In this document: positions 28,264 through 38,029 of the stretch, piece after piece
Layout: the number at the start of each line of letters is the position of its first letter
Numbering within the stretch: position 1 is the stretch's first letter
Assembly (NCBI GenBank): GCA_040218735.1
Contig: JAVJQW010000057.1
Location: 1-64,000 of the forward strand
Origin: Deltaproteobacteria bacterium
Lineage (GTDB): Bacteria; Myxococcota; Kuafuiibacteriia; Kuafuiibacteriales; Kuafuiibacteriaceae
Direction of reading: 5' to 3'
DNA length: 64,000 nucleotides
Notes under the pieces: generated by a model
Databases searched by the model: none
Seen by the model: only the letters and a program-made list of their open reading frames with translations
What the model was told of the DNA's origin: nothing
Translations under genes and position numbers: made by a program

Positions 28264-29517
28264 GTGCGCCTCCCCCTCGCCCTCGCCGCCGCCCTCGCCC
28301 TCGCCGCTTGCGGGAAAGCGCCGGTGGCCGGCCTCGGGGATCTGAACGGCGGCGCCACCCGCGACGCCGGCCCCGCCAGCACCCGCGATGGGGGCACCAC
28401 GACCCGCGACGCCGGACCGATCACGGTGCGCGACGGCGGCGACACCTTCGTCCCCGACAGCGGCCCCTTCCCCTACGACGGCGGGCCCGACTTCCCGCCC
28501 CCGCCCGACGGCGGCCCCGTCGACGCCCACTTCCGCGACGGCGGCGACACCCCGATCTTCGACGGCGGCACGCGCGACGGCGGCGTAGTGACGCCCCCGC
28601 GCGACGGCGGCGTAGTGACACCCCCGCGCGATGGCGGCGTCCCGAACACCCCGGACGCGGGCGTCGAGTGCACGTCGAACTCGGACTGCCAGGGCATCGG
28701 GCCCAACGACTTCTGCGACCTCGGCACGTTCACGTGCGTCGAGTGCCTCGTCGACAACCACTGCGGCTTCAACGAGGTCTGCGACACGCAGTACGGCCAC
28801 GTCTGCCGCAACGAGTGTTTCAACAACCAGTGCCCGCCCGGTCGTGTCTGCGACGTGGCCAACGACGTCTGTGTCGAGTGCCTGACCAGCGCGGACTGCG
28901 ACAACCTCGAGGTCTGCAGCCCGACCACGCGCGAGTGCGTGCAGTGCACGACCAACGCCGACTGTGCGCTCGTGCCCAACCGCCCATTCTGCGATCTCTC
29001 GGAGAGCGAGTGCGTCGGTTGCCTCAGCGACGCGGACTGCCCGACGGGCCAAGAGTGCTTCGAGTACCAGAACAACTTCTGCGCGACGGCGCAGAACCGG
29101 GCGATCTGCGAGCCGTGCATCGCCGACTCCGAGTGCGGCGGCGCCGACGACCTCTGCATCGGGTGGGTCAACAGCGGCGGCCTGATCGATCGCTCCTGCT
29201 CGCCGGGTTGCTCGAACAACAGCCAATGCCCGCGCGGTTGGGAGTGCGTGTCGGTGCGCCAGAACGACCAGGTGTGCCGCCCGCGCTACGACATGAGCCG
29301 CCCGACCTGCACGGCCGAACGCAACCTCGGCGAGGCGTGCAGCCCCGACCCGCAGGACGTCGACCCGGAGTGCGGCATCACCGGCCTCCAGGACGCGCGC
29401 TGCGTCGTCTCGGGCGCGACGGGTGCGGCGCAGTGTTCGTTCTGGTGCGACGACAACGACGACTGCCCGATCGGCCGGACGTGCACGAACGTGAACGGCA
29501 CGCAGTTCTGCCTGTGA
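28264..29517 (+). CDS. Cys-rich repeat lipoprotein with a DGG/Pro linker
   Basis: LALAAC lipobox; RDGG repeats; repeated CVECLxxxDC modules. Confidence 0.85.
   Translation: MRLPLALAAALALAACGKAPVAGLGDLNGGATRDAGPASTRDGGTTTRDAGPITVRDGGDTFVPDSGPFPYDGGPDFPPPPDGGPVDAHFRDGGDTPIFDGGTRDGGVVTPPRDGGVVTPPRDGGVPNTPDAGVECTSNSDCQGIGPNDFCDLGTFTCVECLVDNHCGFNEVCDTQYGHVCRNECFNNQCPPGRVCDVANDVCVECLTSADCDNLEVCSPTTRECVQCTTNADCALVPNRPFCDLSESECVGCLSDADCPTGQECFEYQNNFCATAQNRAICEPCIADSECGGADDLCIGWVNSGGLIDRSCSPGCSNNSQCPRGWECVSVRQNDQVCRPRYDMSRPTCTAERNLGEACSPDPQDVDPECGITGLQDARCVVSGATGAAQCSFWCDDNDDCPIGRTCTNVNGTQFCL
28571..28640 (+). repeat. 27-bp coding tandem repeat (about 2.6 copies; RDGGVVTPP)
   Basis: CGCGCGACGGCGGCGTAGTGAC(G/A)CCCC repeated directly. 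Confidence 0.85.
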
Positions 29518-29527
29518 CGGGGGGTCG

Positions 29528-29983
29528 ATGATGGGTCGTTTTCGCGGTTCGAACGGTCAGGTCTCGTACACCTGTGACTGCGGCAAGGAGGCGCCGCGGC
29601 CGATGGCGCAGCTGCACAAGGCCGGCAAGTGCGCCGGATGCAAAGCGCCCATCCCCGCGCCGGGCTCGCCGATCGCGGTGGACACCAAGACGTTCGACAA
29701 GATCCTGAAGATGTCGAAGGTGCCCGTCTTCGTGGACTTCTGGGCCACGTGGTGCGGCCCGTGCAAACAGGTCGCGCCGGAGGTCGATCGCGTCGCCGAG
29801 AAGACCGCGGGCGAGACGCTCGTGCTGAAGGTCGACACCGAAGCGAACCCGACGCTGTCGCAGCGCTACAACGTCCGCAGCATCCCGATGTTCGCGATCT
29901 TCAAACGCGGCAAACCGGTCGACCAGCGCGTCGGCGCGATGCGGGCGGGTGAGATGCAGGCTTGGTTGCGCGCGAACGGCTGA
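29528..29983 (+). CDS. trxC: Thioredoxin with N-terminal zinc-binding cysteines (TrxC-like)
   Basis: FWATWCGPCK active site; N-terminal CDC and CAGC. Confidence 0.85.
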   Translation: MMGRFRGSNGQVSYTCDCGKEAPRPMAQLHKAGKCAGCKAPIPAPGSPIAVDTKTFDKILKMSKVPVFVDFWATWCGPCKQVAPEVDRVAEKTAGETLVLKVDTEANPTLSQRYNVRSIPMFAIFKRGKPVDQRVGAMRAGEMQAWLRANG

Positions 29984-30005
29984 ACGTCCGAACGGCTGAC
30001 GCAGC

Positions 30006-30932
30006 TCAATCGAACAGCGCCGCTTCGGTGCGGTTCCGGCCCTTGCGCTTCGCCTGGTACAGGCGCTGGTCCGCCGCCTCGATCAGATCCGTGGGCCGGC
30101 GCATCGACGCGGTGAGCGCGGCGAGCCCGACCGACGCCGTGCAAGGTATCCTGCGCCCGTCGTGGGTGACCTCGAGCGCTTCGATCTCCCGGCGCACGCG
30201 CTCCGCGACGATGAACGCGCTCTCGAGCGGCGTGTTGCGTAACAGCAGCGCGAACTCCTCGCCGCCGTAGCGCGCGAAGATGTCCTCCTTGCGCATCATG
30301 TCTTGCACCGCCTGCGCGACGCTGCGCAGGACGAGGTCGCCCGCCTGGTGACCGTACGTGTCGTTGACCTTCTTGAAGTGGTCGAGGTCGAACATGATCA
30401 ACGACAGCGGCTGCTCGTGGCGACGCGCGAACCCGGCCTCCTTCTCGATCTCGGTGAGGAAGGCGCGTTTGTTGAACGCCTCCGTCATCGGGTCGTGCGT
30501 CTTGAAGTTCTGCATCAGCGCGTGGAACTCCATCTCGCGCTGGTCCTGCAGGCGGAACTGCAGGATGGTCGCCGTGCCGACCTGAATCTTCGCGCCGTCG
30601 GTGAGCGTGACGACCTGGATGCGCTCGCCCTCGGCGTAGGTGCCGTTCGTCGAGCCGAGGTCCATCAAGATGAGCTGGCCCTCCTGCTCGATGACCTTCG
30701 CGTGGTGCCTCGACACCCCCTCGTCATCCAGGAAGATCTCGCACTCGGGGGCGCGCCCGATGGTGGTCTCTCGCTTCGCAAGCAGGAACATCTGGCCGAT
30801 CGACCGACCGCTGATGCAGATCATCGCCGCGGATCGGTCCGGCTCGACCTTCTGGTCGAGCGTAGGGATCGCATGGATCGCGGTTTTCTCGAGATCCGCC
30901 TGCACCCCATCTGAAGGGTCGTCCGTCGTCAT
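30006..30932 (-). CDS. FHA-GGDEF diguanylate cyclase
   Basis: IGR, VSRHHA, STNGT (FHA); DLDHFKKVNDTYGH, RKED I-site, RYGGEEF. Confidence 0.93.
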   Translation of the reverse strand: MTTDDPSDGVQADLEKTAIHAIPTLDQKVEPDRSAAMICISGRSIGQMFLLAKRETTIGRAPECEIFLDDEGVSRHHAKVIEQEGQLILMDLGSTNGTYAEGERIQVVTLTDGAKIQVGTATILQFRLQDQREMEFHALMQNFKTHDPMTEAFNKRAFLTEIEKEAGFARRHEQPLSLIMFDLDHFKKVNDTYGHQAGDLVLRSVAQAVQDMMRKEDIFARYGGEEFALLLRNTPLESAFIVAERVRREIEALEVTHDGRRIPCTASVGLAALTASMRRPTDLIEAADQRLYQAKRKGRNRTEAALFD

Positions 30933-30985
30933 GCGAGATTGAGCCAAGGCTACGTCAGGGTTAGATCGCACGCCAGACCGACACG

Positions 30986-31843
30986 ATGCGCAAGTTGGCC
31001 ACACTCACCGTCGTCGCTGCGACGGCCTGCGCCCCATCCCTCCGCGTGCAGCACACGCGCACGGACCCTGGTCGAGTGGTCGGCGCCGAGCTGCTCGGCG
31101 CACGTGGCACCGACGCGATCGTGTTTCTCGAACGTCTCAGCCCGAGGGGATTCGTCGTCCGATCCCTCGCGCTCGACGACGGCACCTCGCAGATCCTCGC
31201 GCGCACCGAAGATCCACGCGACACCGCGTGGCTGCGCAGCGTGCACGATCGCTTCGGTTGGCGCGTGCTCCCGTCGAGCGGGCGCGCGGTTCGCCCCGAT
31301 GCCGTTTTTGCGATCGATGACACCCTCCTCCTTCACGTCGACGAACCGAGCGGTCTCGCGGGTTACGCGACCGCGTCCGTCCAAGCGGTGTACGGCGCCA
31401 GCCGCGTGACTCTGACAGAGCTCGTGCAGGTACGCGGCCTGAGCGTGGGGCCCCTGTACCGAACGGGCCACCACGGCGTGCTCGTCGTGCGCGACGGCGA
31501 TACGCAGAGCCTGCGTATCCTCGACCTCGACGCGGCCCGCACCGCGCTCGACAACCTCGAGGCGGTGCGCCACCTGAACGCGGGCGACCTCGAGCGCGCG
31601 GGCGCCCTCCTCGAGCGCGCGGTCGCCCGGGCGCCGTCGTCGGGCGAGAGCGTCTACAACCTCGCGTGTGTCCGGGCGCTGCAGGGGCGCCTCGACGAAG
31701 CCGAGGATACACTCGCGATCGCCCTCGCGATCGACGGCAAACGCTACGCCCGGCTCGCCCGCGGCGACGGCGACCTCGCCGCGCTGCGCGAACGCGACGC
31801 CGTGCGCGAAAAGATCGGCCTGAAACCGCGAAAGGGCTTGTGA
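30986..31843 (+). CDS. TPR-containing lipoprotein
   Basis: AATAC lipobox; YNLACVRALQG TPR. Confidence 0.75.
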   Translation: MRKLATLTVVAATACAPSLRVQHTRTDPGRVVGAELLGARGTDAIVFLERLSPRGFVVRSLALDDGTSQILARTEDPRDTAWLRSVHDRFGWRVLPSSGRAVRPDAVFAIDDTLLLHVDEPSGLAGYATASVQAVYGASRVTLTELVQVRGLSVGPLYRTGHHGVLVVRDGDTQSLRILDLDAARTALDNLEAVRHLNAGDLERAGALLERAVARAPSSGESVYNLACVRALQGRLDEAEDTLAIALAIDGKRYARLARGDGDLAALRERDAVREKIGLKPRKGL

Positions 31844-31898
31844 ATCCGCGGTCCAACGTTGACCGCGCCCCGCGACGTAGATAGGCAGGGACCCACCA

Positions 31899-32837
31899 AT
31901 GTCTCGGCAACCCGTAGGGCTCGTCCTCCTCATTGGCCTCGCCGCCGCTGGCGCCACCTGCAAGGGTAGCGACCCCGGCAAGCAGGATCCGCCGCCGCCG
32001 ACCTCCCCGGCCGACACGGGCGCCGCGCCCGCCCGTGCCCCGGCCGTGCAGGAGGTCCCCGGGTACGACGTCGCCCAGCTCGAGCCGAGCGTTCGGGCCG
32101 ACGCGCTCCGCATCCTCAACGAGACGTACTGCTACTGCGGGTGCCCGCGGACCATCGCCGCGTGCCTCGCGTCGGAGGCCGACTGCTCGTGCGTGCGGTG
32201 CTCCAAGCGCATGGCCAGCTTCATCATGAATGAGTACAAGCTGGGATCGTCTACAGAGGACGTGGAGGCACAACTGCTCGGCGGCTTCTCGGAGGGCTTC
32301 AACGGCCGCCCGCGCAAGTTCGACCAACCCGACCAACCCCGCAAGGGCCCGGCGGACGCGAAGATCGAGCTCGTCGAGTTCGCCGACTTCCGCTGCCCGC
32401 ACTGCGCCGCCGCGTACGACGTCCTCGACCAGGTCGTGAAGTCCAAGAGCGACGTCGCGCTCCGCTACTACTACTTCCCGCTCTCCGGGGGCGGCGAGAC
32501 CTCCATCCGCGCGGCGGAAGCCGCCGAGGAGGCACGCGAGCAGGGCAAGTTCTGGGAGATGGCGAGGACGCTGTTCAAGTTCCAGCACGCGCTGGAGGAC
32601 AGCGACCTGCGCGGCTACGCCCAGGATGTCGGCCTCGACCTGGCCAAGTACGACGCGGCCATGAAGAGCCGCAAACACAAGGAGAAGGTCCTCGAGGACA
32701 AACGTCTCGGGGAGAAGGTCGGGGTGCTCTCGACGCCTTCGATCTACCTGAACGGCCGACCGTTCCAGATGGCCCGGACCATCGAGAACATCGAGCTTCG
32801 AATCGAGATGGAGGCCGAACGCGGCCGCTGTGACTGA
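31899..32837 (+). CDS. DsbA-like thioredoxin-fold protein with an N-terminal Cys cluster
   Basis: EFADFRCPHC, STPSIYLNG; YCYCGC...C...CSCVRC. Confidence 0.88.
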   Translation: MSRQPVGLVLLIGLAAAGATCKGSDPGKQDPPPPTSPADTGAAPARAPAVQEVPGYDVAQLEPSVRADALRILNETYCYCGCPRTIAACLASEADCSCVRCSKRMASFIMNEYKLGSSTEDVEAQLLGGFSEGFNGRPRKFDQPDQPRKGPADAKIELVEFADFRCPHCAAAYDVLDQVVKSKSDVALRYYYFPLSGGGETSIRAAEAAEEAREQGKFWEMARTLFKFQHALEDSDLRGYAQDVGLDLAKYDAAMKSRKHKEKVLEDKRLGEKVGVLSTPSIYLNGRPFQMARTIENIELRIEMEAERGRCD

Positions 32838-32850
32838 AAGTGAGGACCTG

Positions 32851-33408
32851 ATGACAAGCTGGTTGCGAGCGTTCGCTGTTGCCCAAGTCGCTCTCTTCTC
32901 TTCGACCGCCTTCGCGCAGTTCGCGGACGGGCCGACGGAGAAGGTCGAGAAGAAACCTGAATCACGGAGTTGGACCGTCACGAAGGACGGCTTCTCGATG
33001 AGTTACCTGTTCGTGCCGGGCATCCCGGATCCGAACCAGGTCACCGAGATCGTGATCGTCGCGAGCGCGGTGCCGAAGACCCCGCACCCCCGCTACGGAA
33101 GCCGCGTGCCGCTCGAGAACGCGCGCATCGCGCTGGAGATCACGAACCCGGCCGGCGAGGTCGTGGGTTCGTTCGTCGCGCACGAGCTGCCGCTGACCTC
33201 CGGTAAGTACGGCGTGCACTTCACGGCGCAGCAGGAGGGCATCTACTCGATTCGCCTGAAGGGCAAGACGGCGGACGGCAAGGACATCCGCTCCGACGTG
33301 AAGCTCCCGGTCGCGGTCTGGCCGCTCCCGAAGGAGCTGCAGGGGAGCGGCGACGCCGAGGGAGCACGCACCGCGCGGCGCGTGATCCGCAAGCCGGTGG
33401 GTAAGTGA
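32851..33408 (+). CDS. Exported beta-sandwich protein (possibly YtkA/FixH-like)
   Basis: Signal peptide AFA; GKYGVHFT...EGIYSIRL; GAGGA RBS. Confidence 0.65.
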   Translation: MTSWLRAFAVAQVALFSSTAFAQFADGPTEKVEKKPESRSWTVTKDGFSMSYLFVPGIPDPNQVTEIVIVASAVPKTPHPRYGSRVPLENARIALEITNPAGEVVGSFVAHELPLTSGKYGVHFTAQQEGIYSIRLKGKTADGKDIRSDVKLPVAVWPLPKELQGSGDAEGARTARRVIRKPVGK

Positions 33409-33418
33409 GGTCCAGGTC

Positions 33419-34288
33419 ATGAAAGTCTCGAAACTCTTCCTCGCCTTCGGCGTCCTCTTCACGACCCACGCGACCGCGTCGGACGACATCCGAACGTTCG
33501 TCGGCGATCCACTGAATGGAAAGAAGCTCTACGACAAGGAGTGCGCTGCTTGCCACGGCAAGAACGGCGACGGCGGTCGTACGAGTGTGTCGCTCACGGA
33601 CTCGGGCCGCATGAACCTGATCCGCGACGACCAGATGTTCTCGATGATCCAGGTCGGGCGCGGGCTGAAGAAGCCGGGCGACCACAGCTTCACGAAGAAG
33701 CTCAAGTTCCTGGAGATCTGGGACGTCATCGCGCACGTGCGCGAGGGCCACATGACGATCGGTGACTTCTTCCCGACCGCGTCCCGTTACGTGAGCAAGA
33801 CCTACGAGATCGACAAGTTCGGCCTCGACCGCATCAAGGAGCGCGCGGGCGTCACGCTGAAGGACAAGAAGGCCGCGGTGTTCACGTTCTTCACGTTCGA
33901 GGGCGAAGAAGGGAACCTGCAGTACATCCCGCAGGACCCGATCAAGCTCGACCACCTGTCGAAGGACAAGAAGTCCGGCTACCTGGTGTTCCTGCCGTTC
34001 GAGCACGCCGGCTTCTCCGGCGAGCTCGGCGTCGCGATGGATCCCGACGGCCAGATCACGAAGCTCCTCGTCCACCGCGGCGCCAAGAACGCGGACCTGC
34101 TGAACAAGGACCTGTCGCGCTTCGAGGGCATGGGTAAGAAGAACCAGGCCGAGCCGTTCAAGGTCGGCGGCGGCAAGAAGATGGACGCCGTCGCGAAGAA
34201 GGTCTTCCCGGTCTTCATGCGCGCGATGGAGACCGTCACCATGTACGACCGCGAAGAGAACGAGCGTACGTGGGCCGACCCGAACTGA
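33419..34288 (+). CDS. Monoheme c-type cytochrome with an additional C-terminal domain
   Basis: Signal peptide; GKKLYDKECAACHG; IWDVIAHVR. Confidence 0.85.
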   Translation: MKVSKLFLAFGVLFTTHATASDDIRTFVGDPLNGKKLYDKECAACHGKNGDGGRTSVSLTDSGRMNLIRDDQMFSMIQVGRGLKKPGDHSFTKKLKFLEIWDVIAHVREGHMTIGDFFPTASRYVSKTYEIDKFGLDRIKERAGVTLKDKKAAVFTFFTFEGEEGNLQYIPQDPIKLDHLSKDKKSGYLVFLPFEHAGFSGELGVAMDPDGQITKLLVHRGAKNADLLNKDLSRFEGMGKKNQAEPFKVGGGKKMDAVAKKVFPVFMRAMETVTMYDREENERTWADPN

Positions 34289-34294
34289 TTCGGC

Positions 34295-34867
34295 TCAAGC
34301 GGCGAAGCCCCTGAGCATCGCCGAAACCGCCTCCCGCCACGCGCGCTTCGGGCGCGCACCCAACATCCCCGCGAGCTCACACGTCGTCAGCCCGTGCACC
34401 AGCGCGAAGAGCTGTCGGCCCATCGACTCCGCTCCGCGTCGGAACACCCCCGCGCGGACGCCGCGCGCGAACGTCTCGACCACCCGCTCGAAGCCGCGCC
34501 GCGCGAGGGCTACGTCCTCGGGGAGCGGCGCGCCGCCCTTCAACACCATCAGCGGGTAGAGCGTCGGGTGCAGCAGCGCGCTCGCCCGGTAGGCGAGCGC
34601 GAGCGCGAGGAGCTCTTCGGTGACGTCTTCCGAGACCGGCACGGCTTCGTGGTGCGCCGCCATCGCCGCCGCCATCTCGTGGTACATCGCGGCGAGCAGC
34701 CCCTCCTTGCTCTCGAAGAGGCTGTAGATCGCTCGGGTCGTCGTGTCGGCGCGTCGAGCGAGGCGCCGCAGCGACAACCCCTCGACGCCCTCCGCCTCCA
34801 CCAGTGCGCCCGCGACACGCAGCAGACGAGCGCGCGTCGTTTCGTCGTGTTCCCTCGGACGTCCCAT
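34295..34867 (-). CDS. TetR/AcrR family regulator (WHG-type C-terminus)
   Basis: MGRPR...GLSLRRLARRADTTTRAIYSLFESKEGL; LVHG. Confidence 0.9.
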   Translation of the reverse strand: MGRPREHDETTRARLLRVAGALVEAEGVEGLSLRRLARRADTTTRAIYSLFESKEGLLAAMYHEMAAAMAAHHEAVPVSEDVTEELLALALAYRASALLHPTLYPLMVLKGGAPLPEDVALARRGFERVVETFARGVRAGVFRRGAESMGRQLFALVHGLTTCELAGMLGARPKRAWREAVSAMLRGFAA

Positions 34868-34896
34868 GTTGATCTCCTGTTTCGACACACTGTAAC

Positions 34897-34909
34897 GTAA
34901 CGTCGTTGC
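34897..34909. promoter_or_regulatory. Candidate TetR operator
   Basis: Imperfect palindrome GTAAC-GTC-GTTGC in the 70-bp divergent intergenic region. Confidence 0.4.
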
Positions 34910-34937
34910 AAAACATCGGACAGACGGGGGTGGGCCC

Positions 34938-36239
34938 GTGAACGATCTCGTTGCAGGAGGGGCCTTCGGGCTCTTGGCCGGGGTGCTGGGGCTCGCCGCG
35001 CTCCGCGCACCCCTACTGGCTTGGGTCGCGCTGGCGCCGCTGGTCTTCGCGGCGGCGACGCTCGGCCCCGCTCCAACGGCCCTGGGCGCCGCCGTGACCG
35101 GAGCGCTGTACGGGTGCTCCGGCCAGTCGACCAAGACGGTGCGACGGCTGCTCCCGATCTCGTGCGGGACCAACGCGCTCGTCTACGCGGCGGGATGGGG
35201 AGCTGCTGCCGCGGTGTGGCCCAGCGACGCCTGGGGTGCGGTGATCGCCCCGGTCACCGCGGTGGCCGTCACCGTTCCGCTCTCGAAGCTCGGCGCCCCA
35301 CGCTACGTGGCGAACCTCCTCGCGCGGACGCAGGAGCCGTGGCTCGCGATCGTACACATCGCCCGGCTCGGCTCGGATCGGTTCGTGTTGCTCGCGATGG
35401 CCTCGGTCTCGACCGCCGTTGCGTTGTCGACGCGCGCGCCGGGTGCGGCCACGGGCGCGGCGTTCGTCGGCCTCGCGCTCGTCGCCTTTGGCGCGTACGC
35501 GTACCGCGCGACGGTTCTGCAGTTGCGCAACGTCCCGCGCCTGCGCATCGCGGCGGTCGTCGCCGACCCGAAGCCTCCCTCCGAAGTCCCCGTCGACGGC
35601 CTCTACCCGCTGCGCGCGCCCGACAACCGCGCGACGGAGGCGCTCCGGCGATACGCCCCACACGTCGAAGCGGCGGCCGACGCGGGCGCACGCATGGTCG
35701 TCCTGCCGGAGATCGCGATGCGGATCGACGACGAGGCTCGCGCGACGTGGACGGACACCATCGCGAGCTGGGCGAGGGACAACGGCGTTACCATCGTCGC
35801 CCCCTACTTCGACGACGACACCCAGACCAACGCGCTGGCGGTGTTCGACGGCGGCGGGTCGATCGTCGCGCGCTACGAAAAGCAGCACCCGGGACCGATC
35901 GAGCCCCCGCGCCACGAACGCACCGCGGCGGGACCGTACGCGGGACCCGACGGCGTCCCGCTGCACGTCGTCATCTGCGTGGACCTCGACTACGCGGACT
36001 TCCTCGCCGGCGTCCGCGTGCACCGCGGGTTACTCGCCGTGCCCGCGAACGACTGGCCGGGGTTCGACGTCGTCCACCACGCGACGAGTGTATGGGCTTG
36101 CGTGATGGCCCGCGTCCCCCTCGTCCGCGCGACGGGTCACGGGATCTCTTCGGTCCGCGACGCGAGCGGCCGCCTCGTCGCCTACCGCGCCGCGACCGCG
36201 GGCGCGGGTACGCTGGTGGCCGACGTCCCGATCCTGTGA
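34938..36239 (+). CDS. Membrane carbon-nitrogen hydrolase (apolipoprotein N-acyltransferase-like)
   Basis: N-terminal TM helices; E-K-C triad context LPE, YEKQH, VICVD; VRATGHGIS. Confidence 0.8.
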   Translation: MNDLVAGGAFGLLAGVLGLAALRAPLLAWVALAPLVFAAATLGPAPTALGAAVTGALYGCSGQSTKTVRRLLPISCGTNALVYAAGWGAAAAVWPSDAWGAVIAPVTAVAVTVPLSKLGAPRYVANLLARTQEPWLAIVHIARLGSDRFVLLAMASVSTAVALSTRAPGAATGAAFVGLALVAFGAYAYRATVLQLRNVPRLRIAAVVADPKPPSEVPVDGLYPLRAPDNRATEALRRYAPHVEAAADAGARMVVLPEIAMRIDDEARATWTDTIASWARDNGVTIVAPYFDDDTQTNALAVFDGGGSIVARYEKQHPGPIEPPRHERTAAGPYAGPDGVPLHVVICVDLDYADFLAGVRVHRGLLAVPANDWPGFDVVHHATSVWACVMARVPLVRATGHGISSVRDASGRLVAYRAATAGAGTLVADVPIL

Positions 36240-36290
36240 ACGGACCCGACCCGGGTTGCATCCTCACTATCGGCGATCGATGGTGGCGGC

Positions 36291-36644
36291 GTGGGTACGC
36301 CCGAACCCATTCCGTTCGAAGGCCAACACTCCGAAGACGACCTCGAGCTCTTCGGGCCCTACCGCTACCTCTATCCGATCGACGTCGAGGGTGACCGCTT
36401 CCTCGTCCCAGAGCGCAACTACGTGCTGCGCGCGCTGCAGTACGTGGAGATCAAACACCGCGCCGTGCGCCTGCCGTACTGGGACTACTGCTGGAACGAC
36501 ACGGTGGGCTGCTGCGAGATGACGTACCGCGAGTCGCCCGAGGAGCCCGAGCAGATCGGGCGCGCGTGCCGCGTCGAAGTGCAACCTGGCATGCAGATCG
36601 TGAAGCTCCCGAAGGGAGGCCGCCGATGCGCCCCGAAGCGGTGA
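36291..36644 (+). CDS. Small ferredoxin-like (2Fe-2S-type) protein
   Basis: VPE...VLRALQY, YCWN...CC, RACR.EVQPGMQI. Confidence 0.6.
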   Translation: MGTPEPIPFEGQHSEDDLELFGPYRYLYPIDVEGDRFLVPERNYVLRALQYVEIKHRAVRLPYWDYCWNDTVGCCEMTYRESPEEPEQIGRACRVEVQPGMQIVKLPKGGRRCAPKR

Positions 36645-38029
36645 ACGTCACGCGGGCGCGGCGCGCGCTCGAAGACCAACTCTCGACCGAGCAGGTCATC
36701 GCAGACCCGGACCTCCTCGAACGCTACGGCGAGGACTGGTCCGGCGGCGGCGTCCACCTCCCGGACTTCGTCGTGAAGGCAAAGACGGCCGCGGACGTTC
36801 AGGCAGTGCTCGCGGCCGCGACCGAACACGGCGTGCCCGTGACGCCGCGTGGGCTCGGCACCGGAAAGTCGGGCGGCGCGCTGCCCATCTACGGCGGCAT
36901 CGTGTTGTCGACGGAGCTGATGGTCGGCGTCGAAGACGTCCGACGCGACGACATGCTCTGCGTCGCGCAGCCCGGGACCATCACCGCCGACCTCATGAAG
37001 GCGGTCGAGGACGAGGGCCTGTTCTACCCGCCCGACCCCAACAGCCTGAACATCTGCTCGATCGGCGGCAACGTCGCGTGCAATGCCGGCGGCCCGCGCG
37101 CGCTCAAGTATGGGGTCACGCGTCACTACGTCTTGGGCGCGGAGGTCGTGCTCCCCACCGGGGAGCTGATCGAGGTCGGCAAGCGAACGATCAAACACGT
37201 CACCGGCTACGACCTCGCGGGGTTGATCGTCGGGAGCGAAGGGACGCTCGGCGTCATCACGCGGGTCATCCTCCGCGTGATTCCCAACCCGCCGTACGTG
37301 CAGACGGCGCTCGTCTCGTTCCCGAAGCTGTCGCAAGCGTCGGTCGCGCTCACGAAGGTGCTCGCCTCCGGCATCGTGCCGCGGACGCTCGAGCTGCTCG
37401 ATCACCACGCGCTGAACGCGGTCCGCGAGAAGACCCCCGGGCGCTTCCCGGAGGACGCCGGCGCGCTGATCATCCTCGAGACGGACGGCACCACCGAAGC
37501 GCGCGCGTTCGAAGATCTCGAGCGCGCGGGTGAAGTGTGTCTGAACGAAGGCGCGCTCGACGTGCTCGTCGCGCAGGACGCGCAGCAGCGCGAGCGCATC
37601 TGGGAGCCGCGCCGTGTCCTGTCGGTGACGTTGTCCGAGACCGCGGAGAAGAAGATCTCGGAGGACATCGTCGTCCCGCGATCGCTCATCCCCGAGATGC
37701 TCGACCGCGTCCAACGCATCGGCGACACCCACGGCGTGCGGTGTGCGACGTACGGCCACGCCGGCGACGGGAACCTCCATGTGAACGTCCTGTTCGATCG
37801 CGACGCTGAAGATCGCGCGCAAACGGCCGTTTTAGAGGTGATGAAGGCCACGGTGGCCCTCGGGGGTACCATCTCCGGGGAACATGGTATTGGGCTTCTG
37901 AAGCGAGACTTCATGCCCCTCGAACAGTCCCAGTCGATGCTCTCCGTTCAGCGCGCGATCAAACGCACGCTCGACCCGAAGAACATCCTCAACCCCGGCA
38001 AGATCTTGCCGCTGAACGGGGCGGGCTGA
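36626..38029 (+). CDS. FAD-linked oxidase, GlcD/D-lactate dehydrogenase family
   Basis: RGLGTGKSGG, YPPDP, GSEGTLG, GHAGDGNLH, ISGEHGIG, LNPGK; GGAGG RBS before ATG 36626. Confidence 0.92.
   Translation: MRPEAVNVTRARRALEDQLSTEQVIADPDLLERYGEDWSGGGVHLPDFVVKAKTAADVQAVLAAATEHGVPVTPRGLGTGKSGGALPIYGGIVLSTELMVGVEDVRRDDMLCVAQPGTITADLMKAVEDEGLFYPPDPNSLNICSIGGNVACNAGGPRALKYGVTRHYVLGAEVVLPTGELIEVGKRTIKHVTGYDLAGLIVGSEGTLGVITRVILRVIPNPPYVQTALVSFPKLSQASVALTKVLASGIVPRTLELLDHHALNAVREKTPGRFPEDAGALIILETDGTTEARAFEDLERAGEVCLNEGALDVLVAQDAQQRERIWEPRRVLSVTLSETAEKKISEDIVVPRSLIPEMLDRVQRIGDTHGVRCATYGHAGDGNLHVNVLFDRDAEDRAQTAVLEVMKATVALGGTISGEHGIGLLKRDFMPLEQSQSMLSVQRAIKRTLDPKNILNPGKILPLNGAG

Noticed and set aside
28380-28660. 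Periodic GACGGCGGC repeats as a CRISPR array
   Set aside because: In-frame coding DGG linker repeats with no constant repeat-spacer structure and no cas genes.
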